Below, in pieces: positions 13,190-24,783 of a stretch of DNA of 64,000 bases. Position 1 is the first letter of the stretch. The number at the start of each line of letters is the position of its first letter. The DNA is from Mobula hypostoma (taxonomy: Eukaryota), in assembly GCF_963921235.1 (NCBI RefSeq), contig NC_086097.1, positions 140,802,001 through 140,866,000 on the forward strand, read 5' to 3'. Below the pieces are notes generated by a model. The model was not told the origin of the DNA. It saw nothing but the letters and a program-made list of their open reading frames with translations, and searched no databases. Position numbers and translations under genes: made by a program.

Positions 13190-15640
13190 GACCAATTTCA
13201 TTTCCTTTGGATCATGCCTTGGATTTGTCCATTGACTGGAGATGCCCAGGGTGCGCGAAGGGTGGAGTTTAATCTAACAAATGACAATGGATGCTCGGTT
13301 TCAATCTGCCTTTGATCGTCTTGATGAAGCGGCTGGTAACAGCATGGAGTGGCTGACGGTGTCGCCAGAATCCTCTCCTACAGAACTAGAACCTGTATCA
13401 GAAATGAACATCATTCTGCGGACTTTAGTCATCAGTAGGTGACGAGACAACTGCCGCCATCGGCAGGGTGCAGTGCTCAACAAAAGCAAAAACTTTGATA
13501 TAAATGAGTAGCTTCAAACCTAGTAACCACGCAAACAGTACATTGAAACAGTTACATTTATATGACTCCTTGATGCAATAAGTTTCCAATAGGTGTTTCA
13601 CGGGAATGCAATTTAAAATATGTTAAGAAGTCAGTAAAATGAGACTGGGCGTCAATTTCGTGCATCAACGTAACATAAATTATTAAGGTCTGGAAGTTAT
13701 TCAATGGCGAAAGGATTAAATACAGAAGCAGCTGTATTCACTTCTTCAGATTTTCTCGACACACCAGGAGACAAGGAAACGGCATCGGAAGAAGAACTGA
13801 AGGACGAGTCCACCAGGCCCGCAGTCCTGGCCCAGCAGTCAATACTATCATTGCTAACATGCCCCAGGCCTCGGCACCTCCTCTATACCAGAGCCCCATG
13901 ACTCTCAGGTCTCCGATTCCTGCATTCGTTATACTGCACAGATACAAGCCCTACTTGACCACGCTTTTAATGGCCAGTGGGAGTGTTGTCAACAGTAAGG
14001 AAAACTATTTAAGTTTGTAGCAGGATCTAGAGCAGTTGGAAAATGGACGGGAAAAATGGAAGGTGAAATTTAATGTAGTCAAGTGTGTGGTGTTGCACTT
14101 CGGTAGGATCAACAAAGGCAGGTCTTTCAGAGTGAGCAGCTGGGCACCAAGAAGTGTGGCAGACAAACGTATATCGGGATACAGGTCCATAATTCATTGA
14201 AAGTGGTGTCACAGCTAGATATGGCTATAAAAATATTTTCGGGACTTTGGCCTTCATAAATCAAAGTATTGAGTACAAGAGATGGGATGTTATGTTAAAG
14301 TTGTATAAGATGTTGATGAGGCTTAATATGGAGTATTGCGTGCAGGTTTGGTCACCTGTCTGCAAGTAAGACGTAATGAGGTTGAATAAATGCAGAGAAA
14401 AATCACCAGGATGTTGACAGGAGTAGAGAACCTGAGTTATAAGGAAAGATTGAATAAGTTAGGACTTTATTCCTTGTAACTGAGAAGATGGAAGGGAGAT
14501 TTGATAGACCTATACAAAATTATGAAGGATATATATAGGACTTTCCACTGAAGTTCGGTGGGACTACAATTAATGGTGATGGATTAAGGGCGAAAGGTGA
14601 AAAGTTTAAGAGGAACATCAGAGGAAACTCCTTCATTCAAAATTTCATGAGGTTGCGGAACGAACTGCCGGCGTAAGTGGTGCATCTCAGGTCAGTTTCA
14701 AAGTTTAAGAGATTGGTACATCGTTTTCAGGGGTATGAAGGGCGATGGTCCGGGTGCATGTCGATAGAAGTGGACAGTTTCAATGGTTCTGCACGGACTA
14801 GATGGGTCGAAGGGCATGTTTCTGTGCTGTAGTTTTCTATGTCTTTATGACTGATCAATTTCATGTCCTTCCGATCAGGCCTTGGGATTGTCTATTCACT
14901 GGAGGTACACAGGGTGCAAGAAGGGTGGAGTTTAATCTAACAAATGAGAATGGACGCTCGGTTTCAATCTGCCTTTGATCGTCTTGATGGAACAATGGAG
15001 GGAATGGCTGGTAACAGCCTGGAGTGGCTGAAGGTGTCGCCAGGATCCTCTCTGAGAGAACCAGAAACTGAATCAGAAACAAACATCATTCTGCGGGCTT
15101 CAGTCATCAGTCGGTGGCGAGACCAGTGCCGCCATGGGCAGGGTGCAGTGCAGAACAAAAGCAGAAACTTTGATATAAATGAGTCGCTTCAAACCTAGTG
15201 ACCACATAAACAATACATTTATGCTATTACATTTATATGATGTCCTTGATGCAGTAAGATTCCAGTAGGAGTTCCACGGGAATGCAATTTAAAATTTGCC
15301 AAGAAGTCAGTAAAATGAGAATCTGCGTCCAGTACTTCTTCAATTTCGTGTTTCAAAGTAAAATAAATTATTAAAGACTGGAAGTTATTCAATGGCGAAA
15401 GGATTAAATGGCAAGCAGTTGTATTCACTTCACCAGATTTCATCGACGCACCAGGACACAATGAAATGATACCGGAAGAGGAGCAGAAGGACGAGGCTAC
15501 CAGGCCGACAGTCCTGCCCCAGTATTCAATATGTTCATAGCTAATATGCCCCAGGCCTTAGCTCCTCCGCTTTACTAGAGCCCCATGGCCCTCAGGTCTC
15601 CGAATCCTGCATTCATTATACTGGACAGATACAGGCCCTT
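13190..15640. repeat. Local tandem duplication (~1.65-kb period): an unexplained ~0.8-kb segment (13190-13990 and 14850-15640), each copy preceded by a CR1 3' end
   Basis: Shared sequence ccaatttcat...ggtggagtttaatctaacaaatga..atggaYgctcggtttcaatctgcctttgatcgtcttgatg... through ...cagatacaRgccc; a CR1 3' fragment lies at ~14000-14850. Confidence 0.85.
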
Positions 15641-15914
15641 TAGTCCCACTCGTCAAAAGTTTCAATGGCCAGTAGGAAAGAAGCAAATTTAGGTCGAAAT
15701 TTCAGACATGCATCTACAAACGCTCAATGGCCCAGGGTCCAGAAATCCATTGAGTATCGCTTCCCTCTGCCAGAAGCTGTAAATTTCTCCCACTTCAATT
15801 TTATTGAAGTTTTGTCTTCTGGGCTGCAAGTTATCGTGATATAAATGAACAAGATATTCAAAGTGGATGGAAACGTTGACCGGGGGAGGGGGGAGGGGGG
15901 CGGGGGGCGAGTCC

Positions 15915-16590
15915 ACATTCCATCAGGGAGACTTTTAGCAGCTCTGTAGACATTGTGGGGGGGGGGGGGGTGGTCATTGATATCAATGGCGCTGAAGTAG
16001 GAATCAGCTGAGAGGGTGGAGCAAGGCGAGGGGAAACTCAGCATTCCATCAGGCACAAGTTAGCACTCCTCCTAACCCAATGTATTCCGCACACTGTACT
16101 GTTCAGTAACAGGGTGAAACCGCAGGCGCCACTACTTCATTTGGAATTTGATGGGATTTGGCGTGTCAGCAGAGACTCCTACAATAGATTTACAGATATA
16201 CCACGGAGAATATTCAGCTTGTATGGAATCTGCAATTCTAGACGTCGTACAGTGTTGTCGATTCAACCAGCCCCCTCACGGGCACAACCATCCCCGCCAT
16301 CGAAGACAGTTTAAGAGGCAGTGCTTCAAGAAGGGGGCATTCATTATTAAAGACCCTCACCATCCGGGACACCATTCGCGTTCATACCATCAGGAAGAGG
16401 CACAAGAGTCTAATTATCCACATTCCATATTTTAACAACCGTTTCTTCCCCTCCGGAATCAGATTTCTGAAGGGCCCATGAGACAAACGTCTTCTTTTAT
16501 TTATTATTTTTGTAGCTGATACTGATGTTTCTGTCTTGCACTGTTCTACTGTCGGAAAGCAACACATTTCGCGATTTACGCCTGTGGTAA
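15915..16590 (+). mobile_element. 3' fragment of a Rex1/Babar-like (CR1/L2-group) LINE
   Basis: Translates to ...IIKDPHHPGH..SYHQEE, resembling the IIKDPSHP.H..F..LPSGRRY C-terminal motif; partial paralogue at 51225-51590. Confidence 0.6.
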
Positions 16591-16779
16591 TAAGCCTGAC
16601 TCTCTTTCTGGTTCACCAACAGGGCGCAGAGCTGAACGAGAATTGACGTGAAGGCGGCGCTCGGGATCTAGCAACCACGCAAAAGAGAAATATTGCTTGG
16701 ATTGCTGTGTATTTCCATAATATTCTGGTCCTGTTTAAGATAAAGATCAGTTTGTGGAAACGGGACCGAGGGGCCAAGT

Positions 16780-17012
16780 GACATTGAGGGATATTCAAGG
16801 AAACCTCTCCAAATTATGAAAGGAAGAAATAAACTGGGGCGTGCCCCACCCCTGACACCCGCCCCCTAAGAAAGGCGGCGCTATCAGTCTCATGTAAATA
16901 AGTGATTTGGACACGGTTCGGGGTAGGAGCTGAGGCGGGTTCAGCCCCGACAACAAAAGCTGATAAACTGCGCTTCCTCTCAGATTCCAAACACTGACCC
17001 GGCGCAACAAGC
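16780..17012 (+). promoter_or_regulatory. Putative TRGV promoter, conserved in the paralogue at ~51925-52153
   Basis: Non-repeat sequence conserved between the two blocks (ggggccaagtg.cattgagggatattcaag, aaattatgaaaggaagaaat, ctgcgcttcctctcagattccaaacactgac), with GC/CACCC boxes and GGAA cores directly upstream of the ATG. Function is inferred from position. Confidence 0.55.
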
Positions 17013-17436
17013 ATGTGGCAGGGTCCCTGGTTCGTGGTGCTGCTTTTCAGCTGTGCGTTACCAACCCCTCTTCAACTTTTATCGCTCCTTCCCGCCGCGC
17101 GGATTCTTTTACCGTTTCTGCTCTTTTTGCAGGTAGAAGTGTGGCTCAGACCCTGACCCAGCCCCAGCTATCGATTACAACGTTTGCCGGGAAAAGCGAG
17201 CTTATTCGGTGTCAAGTGAAAGGAGACTCCGTAAGCAGCAGTAAACCCCTTCACTGGTACCAACAGAAACCCGGAAAGCCGCTCCAAAGGATACTCTACT
17301 ATGGGGATAGTGTAACGCGGGATTCGGAATTCGGGCCATCCTTCAATGCCTTAAAGATTTCAGATTCCGAAGTGTACCTCAGAGTCGCGGTTAACACTGA
17401 CAGCGCCGCCACCTATTACTGCGCCTTTTGGGTTTA
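17013..17436 (+). CDS. TRGV: TCR gamma V segment 1 (germline, intact): leader exon 17013-17052, intron 17053-17132, V exon 17133-17436
   Basis: Leader MWQGPWFVVLLFS-C; GTGCGT donor and ttttgcAG acceptor (phase 1); V domain QTLTQ..RCQV..LHWYQQKPGKPLQRILYY..TYYCAFWV; RSS immediately 3'. The CAxW ending and HWY..QR(I/L)LY are typical of TRGV. Confidence 0.92.
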
Positions 17437-17474
17437 CACAGTACGTAACAGAAAGCAAACATCGCACAAAAAGC
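17437..17474 (+). other. RSS: heptamer CACAGTA, 22-nt spacer, nonamer ACAAAAAGC
   Basis: Heptamer 17437-17443, spacer 17444-17465, nonamer 17466-17474, counted from the sequence. Confidence 0.88.
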
Positions 17475-18616
17475 TCGACGAGCAGCCAGTCAAATGGAAC
17501 CGTTGATCTGGAGGATGCAGCGACCCCCAGTTAGAATTGCACTTATCCATGTCTGCCAGAGTTGGTGTTTGCTCAAGAGGCAGGGACAGAAGCAGTTGCT
17601 TCTACATGTCCGCAATTACATTGGAAAGAAGGAAAGTTTTCTGCTGTAGTTACGGGGTTGCAGCCTTGTCTTTGCTCGCTCCTGGGTCTCCCCCCTGTGG
17701 AAGCTATGGCAAGGGATTCTGTCATCAGAAACACGCCGCGTGGCCTGGTTGCCGGTGCGGCAGGGATACTGTACCTGCATACTCCGTCTCCGGGAGATGC
17801 TGATCTCCTGGTGTGGTGAGCTGAGCGTTAACCACTTCCCAATCCCTGAACTTCCTCCTCCCAAACGGGAACTACGAGCAACAGATAGTCGGGATGACAT
17901 GTGCATCTTGGTACCAATTCACTCTTTGGTGCGGATTGCACGTAATTTCTGATTCTGTTTCAGATTTATTTATCACATGTTAAAGAGTCAGCACAACATC
18001 ATGGGCCGAAGGGTCTATATTGTGCTATACTATTCTCTTTTCCATAACATGGAAAGTCCTCACCGAGAGTACTTTCAGTACTCTTGATACTCTCGGCAAT
18101 TCTTCCGGAGTTTTAGAATACGGAGAACCACTGCTTTATGGGCGATGGTAGGTCGCAATCAAGAAGATGCTTCCTCGACAGTTTGACTTTAGACGAGGCA
18201 ACATTGTGGGACCTGGAGCCAAAGTGGAGAACACTCACATTTATGCCATTCTGCTGCTGACTGTGTCTGTGAGGTATGAGCTACCCAAGCATTGTGATAG
18301 TGGAACCTGGCGTTTGACTGTAAGTAATCTAAGTTGACTAGGCACTTCTTCATATGGCATCGGAGTGATATGATTCACATATTGCAGGAAATCTGGACTA
18401 ACTTGACCTGGGATGCGTGCTGGAGTGCACTCAGCAGGAACTTGCAGCACGGTCATGGGCATCGTACAGGTTGCATAGGAATTCAGTTCTGAATTTCTTC
18501 ACGTGGTATTAATAAAGTATGGAGAGCACTGGATTCAGCAAACGCTTTGAGACAAGACAATATTCTGACTGCTGTAATGATCACCTGTGGTGAAGAACCG
18601 GCTTTGTCTTTGGCCA

Positions 18617-18849
18617 CACACATCAAAGTTGCTGGTGAACGCAGCAGGCCAGGCAGCATCTGTAGGAAGAGGTGCAGTCGACGTTTCAGGCCGAGACCCT
18701 TCGTCAGAGTCCTGACGAAGTCCTGACAAAGGGTCTTGGCCTGAAACGTCGACTGCACCTCTTCCTACAGATGCTGCCTGGCCTGCTGCGTTCAACAGCA
18801 ACTTTGATGTGTGTTGCTTGAATTTCCAGCATCTGCAGAATTCCTGTCG
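18617..18849. mobile_element. Palindromic mini Penelope-derived insertion
   Basis: Two inverted arms of the PLE terminus meeting near 18708; 14-bp TSD TTTGTCTTTGGCCA (18603-18616 / 18850-18863); empty paralogous site at ~53015-53045. Confidence 0.85.
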
Positions 18850-18924
18850 TTTGTCTTTGGCCAGACTGCTTTCATACAGTTACAGCATTGACCCATTCAT
18901 TGGAAAGGTTCGTTCAACGAGAAC

Positions 18925-19210
18925 GTAGTGATTAACACTGCGCAATTACCACTCAGGGCGTCGGAGTTTGGAGTTGAATTCTGGCGCTGTACGCAAGGTG
19001 TCTCTGTAGATCATCCCCATAGAATGCATGGATTTTCCCCGGGTACTTCGGTTTCCTCTCACTGTCCAAAGACATACCGAGTAGGTTAACTGATCATTGT
19101 AAATTGTCCCATGATTAGGTTAGGGTTCATCGAGGTTGTCAGGGGTCGCTGCGGCGGCGTGACTTGAAGGGCCGGAAGGGCATAATCTGCACTGTATCGC
19201 TAAATAAACA
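18925..19210 (+). mobile_element. V-SINE-like element (related copies at ~21262-21495, 22378-22810, 53085-53360, 54170-54395, 55462-55715)
   Basis: V-domain-like core ggattttccccgggtacttcggtttcctctcactgtccaaagacat...ggttaactgatcattgtaaattgtcc and an AATAAA tail. Confidence 0.7.
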
Positions 19211-19548
19211 AGTAAAATTGCCTAGTGATGTCCTGTTCATATAAAGCCGGGCAAATCCAATCTGGCTATTTACAACACAAAACAGGGCCCAAAGAACTGT
19301 ACTCTAAGGACGAGGTGAGAGAGATCTGTTTTTCATAACAGGACAGTATTTGGTTTATTGTAGCTCACAGGAGCCCTGAGAAAAACTCGAGTCAATGGGC
19401 ATTAGGTGGAGAACACTCTAAGGACTGGGGTAACAAATCACAGAAAGGAGGGAGGTTTGAAGTCTTTTCCTAGACTGTACATTTTCAGTTGCTTCATTAA
19501 TAAACTTCCTACGTTATCACAAGTGTGCAGACAATGACAATCTCCAGC

Positions 19549-20686
19549 TGTCACAATGGGGGCGCTGGTAGCGGACACAAATGCAAGACACAGACACTGA
19601 AGTACAAGGAACAGGACTTGACTAGAGTAGGGATGTGACAGGATACAGACAAGGTGCAGGGACAAGAACGCAGACTTGGGCTAGGACATGGACTAGACAC
19701 AGGGAACCCGGACAAGGAACTATGAACTACGAGCCTGGGCTTGAACTCCGAGCCAGAGACTGGACAAGGACCCAGGACCTGGGTCTTGCCTCGGGCTTGG
19801 ACCCCAGAACTAGGCAACGACATGACGTGGCGACAGGACAGGACGTGGCTGGGTTCTTGGCTCTTGAATCTTGAGGCTGGGTCTTGAGTCTTGAGGCTTG
19901 AGGCTGGGGTCTTGAGTCTTGAAGCTTGAGGCTGGAGGCTGGTAAGTCAGAGGCTGGAGCTCGGAGACAGACTTGGAACTGTACATCAACATAGAACCGG
20001 GACTTATACTTGGACAAGCCAGGACTCAACTTTATCTCTACACCAAGGTGGGACAGGACCATCCGTCGGGTAACGGCAGAACGACCGGACTTACCCAACA
20101 GAGGAAAAGACAAGACAAGGCAGGTCCCCCCCCCCCCCCCCAAGGCAACGGCAGAACGGCCTGACTTACCCACGGAGGCGAGGACAAGACAAGACAAGAC
20201 AGACCCCCCCCGCAAGGCAACGGCAGAACGGCCTGACTTAGCCCACGTAAGCGAGGACAAGAAGAGACAAACACCAAAGAACGACAGACAGCTCCATCTC
20301 TGCTATGGAAACAGCCGGTTCCCTACTTGGCTCGGAGTGGCTGACAGCCACTCAGCTGTCCCGGGAAAAGGCCAAATCCATACCGCAAAGACGGCTCCGA
20401 CTACCGACAGCAAGGCTCCATGAAGCGATGGTTCTCCAAAGTGGCCTAAAGATGACAAGTAGCCGCTCTAGCCTTCCAGCAGCAGATTGCTCCCAGGGAA
20501 TCTTGACAAGACGAACCAGCAGCCCACAGTCGACCCCAAGGCCACTTATATTCCAAACCCCAAAATGGGAATCAGGTGCCTATGATTAACTCAACCAAAA
20601 CAAGGGACAGCTGGAAGACCCAGAGTCCTGAGTCCATGGACCGGACTGTGAACCGGAATGCGGACATAAGGGACCGGACCATGACA
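19549..20686 (-). mobile_element. Solo LTR (family B), 1138 bp
   Basis: TG...CA termini; TSD CCAGC at 19544-19548 and 20687-20691; empty site in block B (caatcttcagcaactg, ~53665-53680). Confidence 0.92.
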
Positions 20687-22553
20687 CCAGCAAGTGTTTA
20701 CAATTAACTGCCCTTGATATTCAGTGACTGGAAGTACAACCGGACCAGCCACACAAACTTTGAGACAACACATATGGCCGCAGAAAAATAATTTCAGTGT
20801 TCTATGTGGTGACACTGATTATGAATTTTACTTTGAACCTTGGGTTTTGAATGTGGCCAGGTATTCTGGGGCAAACAACACACTTCCTGACATTTCAAAG
20901 ACTTTCCATTGTCTGTGAAGCTACTTCGGGGTGTTATGACGTTCTTTCCATTTAATTGCATGTGTTTGGCTCAACGCCATCCAAAACAAAGCTGCTCCGT
21001 TCATGAACAACAACTAACTGCCCTGAAGATTCATTCTTGTTACCAGCTACACTGATTATTTGTAAACATCCAGGCTACTAATTGCAGTGCAATTACTTAC
21101 CCAGGTTCCTCTGACAGCACCTCTCAAACTCACAGTCTATCACCAAGAAAGAGAACACCAGCTATTGCTACTGTTGCGATTCACATATCATCCATGTTAT
21201 GCCATGGTTAAATGTGTCCATAACAATTTTCTCAAATAACATGTAGATTGCCTCACTAAAGAGTGATGCAGCATGGTAACGTACTGGTTGGCATTATGTT
21301 TTATTCCCGCAGCTGCCTGTAAGGAATTTATACTTTCTCCACTTTCCTCCGGGTGTTCCGATTTCCCCCCACTTTCCAACACGTACCGGTTGGTAGGTTA
21401 GTTGGTCACTGTAAGTTGTCCCGTGATTAGCAAAGGATTAAATCGGCGATTTCTCGCAGGGCCGGTAGGTCTATTGCGCGCTATATCTCAAAAAGTAAAA
21501 AAGAGAGGGATCTGCTGTTCGAAAATTGGGCAACGCATATGACTGCTGTGGGGTGCAGGGCTATGGCACATTGCAATCACTGACTATCAGTTTTTAGATG
21601 ACTTTAGAAAAAGGACTGGTCATCTAATTAAAGTCCTAAACTGGTGTAAGGCTAATTTTGAAGGCATTAGACGTGATTCTGCAGAAGTTGATTGGGAGAA
21701 GCTGTTTGTAGGTATGGGAAGTGGCAGGCTCTGTAAGTGTAATATGGAGGGTTCAGGGACAGTATAAGGCAAGAGAGTAGAATTAGGCCATTTAGCCAAT
21801 CGAGTCTGCTCCCCATTACATTATGGTTGATATATTATCCCTTCTCAATACGTTTTCCTGACTTCTCCCCGTAACCTTTGATATCCTTACTAATCAAGAA
21901 CGTATCAACCAACCATTGCTTTAAATATACCCAGTCAGATTGATGGCCAAGGCTGGCAGCATTATGGAACCCTAGTTGATGAGGAAAATTGAGGGTTTCT
22001 TCTGGAATAAGGAGGCATATATCGTGTATTATCTTTTGGGATCAAGTGAATCGCTTGTGCCGGATAATAGACATACCAGTACACTTGAGAGGAAAATCAG
22101 AAGGACAAATGTATCAGATCGTTTTGGAAGACGAAGTAAAGGGGAATCCTAAGGTAGTCCATAACTCTATCAAAAACAAAAAGGTAACAGAACGATAGTG
22201 GAGTCACAGGAGATGGGGCGAGATCTTAAATGAATATTTCTTTTCTGAAATTACTGTCTTGAAATATATCCACATTACAAAGGGGAAGGTACTGACAGTC
22301 TTAAAATGCATCAAGGTGGATACATTCGCAAGGGCAGACAAATTGCATTCTATAACACTATAGAAATGCAGGGAGAGGCAGGGTAGCCTGGTAGTTAACA
22401 CAAAGCTTTACAGTACTGTACAGGTGACCATGCACGGAGTTTGTACGCTCCCTAGATGCTCCACTTTCCTTTCCTCTCATATTCCGAAGACCTACTGATT
22501 GGTAGCTTAAGTGGTCGTTGCAAATTGTCTTGTGATCAGGCTGAGAATAAATC

Positions 22554-22764
22554 AGAGGGGCGAGCTCGAAGAAGCGGCCGCGGCTGGAGGCCGACACGAC
22601 CTCGGGCTCGATTTCGGCGGGGGCGGCGGCGGGCGGTGCCAAGGCATCCAGCGAGAACAAACTGCAGGAGAGGCTGTACTCGGTGCTGTCGCAAGCTGGA
22701 AGAAGGTGGAGGTGCATAGCCACCAGCCCCGGATTCGGGACGGCGTCCACTGACTGACTGACTG
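22554..22764. other. 211-bp GC/CpG-rich insert inside a V-SINE; possibly a captured mRNA fragment
   Basis: Flanked by AAATC repeats (22549-22553 / 22765-22769); absent from the paralogous SINE (single AAATC at 55642-55646); + frame RGASSKKRPRLEADTTSGSISAGAAAGGAKASSENKLQERLYSVLSQ; ends in (ACTG)n. Confidence 0.6.
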
Positions 22765-24339
22765 AAATCGGAGGATTGCTGGGTGACGTATCTCAATAAA
22801 CAAACAAGAAAACGAATTGTTGGGGACCTGGCAAAGATATTTCTATAACTGTTAGCCACAGGTGAGGTAACAAGGGTATCGGATGGCTACTGTCGTGTTT
22901 GATTGAGATGTGTTGTAAGGACAGATTTGGGAACTACAGGGTGGGGGGGGGGGGAGGGGAGGGCGAGCCTAAAATCAGTGGCGGGAGATTTACAAGAAGA
23001 TGTGGGATACCCCAGGATTTGGGATTGAAACGGCTCATCAGGAAAAATCAGCATGAGATTGTGTTTTGGGTATCATGTCAAGAATTACATTTTTTTTAGG
23101 AGATGACCAAGACAATCAACGAGAGCACGGTGGTACAAAATGACTGCATTGATTTTAGCAAATTTAACAAGGCTCTGCATGGTAAACTGGTCCAGAAGAT
23201 GAGATGACATGCGATTAAGAGTGGACGAACCAGTTGCATTCAGATTTAGCCTGTTGTTAAGAGTCAAAATATGGAGTATGGTCGTGGAACCTGCGATGAT
23301 TGGTGTTCCACAGGGATCATGCTGGGTCCACGGCCGTTCGTTACCCAGAGACGTGCATTAATAACATGGACGATAATGTAGTCAGCATGTTTAGTAAGTT
23401 TGTGAATGAAATCAAACTCAGCGGTGTAGCGGACAGTGAAGACGGCTCCTTGAGATTACAATAGGATCTATGTAGATCGTCTGGGATAATTGGCCAGGGA
23501 ATAGCAGATGCAATAACAAAGTTTAAAAACGTTTAGACAGGTTACAATAGGAAGGTTTAGAGAGCAATATCGGTCTAACGCAGGCAAATAGGACTACCGC
23601 TGCTCAATATGGAGGAGTTGTGCAGAAAGGCCCGCTTCCATGCTGTGCATTCAACTAATCCATGAGTCTATCCTGGGTAAATAAATTTATTTGGAGATTA
23701 GAGGAATTGAAAGACAGGAAAGTGGAGCTAAACTTGAAGATCAGCCATGATCTTTATGAACCAGGAACACGAGGATGGACGGACTAATCCGCTCCCATTT
23801 CCCCTTCTTTGATGTCCTCATCTCTGTGGCGTGCCGCGTCAACCCTCAGAATCTGAAGCGAGATCGTTGTAATCGCTCAGCGGGTCAAGCATCACGTATC
23901 CCTCGCTCTGGAGGTTTCGGAGCTTTGAAAGATCTGGCACAAATGAGGGAGAAAATGAGTGACAAGACAATGCGATAGGAATGCCGGAGGCAGAGCGAAG
24001 TCAGGAAGGCAATAAAAGCACAACTAACGGCGAAAGTCACTTCTCTCCCGGATACTTCCATCCTCGTCTATGGGAAGTCGAGAGAAAGGAGGTTGCATAA
24101 TTTTCAATGTGGCACCTTATATAATCTAAAGTTCTACATCCTCACACTGGCGACAGAAACCACTGCTGTTGGCTCTCTCTGATGGGAAAAGGAAGGACGA
24201 ATGAAAGTGAAAATGAAGGTAAAGGTGAAGGCCACACTGCGCAGCCGCTGAAACAACCTGCCTGTATCCGGACAGATGCTGATTTCATCTAACGAGGCCC
24301 TGAGAGGAACCAGTCCCCCGGAAATTTCACCGCCGCATC

Positions 24340-24744
24340 ATGTCGCTCTGTTCACTGCTTACCACCCTGGCGCTTTCCCTCGGTAAGTATGTCCACCACC
24401 GCTCCAGCTTTTTCCTTCACGACAGCGTGGCTTCAGTGTATTTTATTTGCAGCTGGATATCTGGCCGAGGAATTGAAGATGTCTCACATTTCAATCACGA
24501 AGCCCGAGACGACGACGGTGAAGATACTGTGCGAGGTAAGGGCACTCGATGACATCCACTGGTACCAGCAACTCGCTAACCAGGCACCCAGAAGGATCCT
24601 GCGCTTTAGCAAAGGTCGAACGGAGCGGGATCCGGGAGTGTCCGCCAAGTTCTCAGCCGAGGGCAGTGACCCTTTCTTCTCTCTTGTGATTGACAACATC
24701 GCCCTGACAGATGCCGCCATCTATTACTGTGCCCGCTGGGTCGG
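24340..24744 (+). CDS. TRGV: TCR gamma V segment 2 (germline, intact; distinct family with short CDR1): leader exon 24340-24382, intron 24383-24452, V exon 24453-24744
   Basis: Leader MSLCSLLTTLALSL; GTAAGT donor and tttgcAG acceptor; V domain ..VKILCEVRALDDIHWYQQ..APRRILRF..DAAIYYCARWVG; perfect RSS follows. Confidence 0.93.
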
Positions 24745-24783
24745 CACAGTGTGAAGCGGCGGCAGAAAGGCGATACAAAAACC
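24745..24783 (+). other. Consensus 23-RSS: CACAGTG, 23-nt spacer, ACAAAAACC
   Basis: Heptamer 24745-24751, spacer 24752-24774, nonamer 24775-24783. Confidence 0.97.

Noticed and set aside
24143-24149. Cryptic heptamer CACACTG at the left edge of the V2 deletion, suggesting germline RAG cutting
   Set aside because: There is no nonamer at 12 or 23 nt, and block B retains sequence aligned to part of the heptamer, so the break is not at its border.
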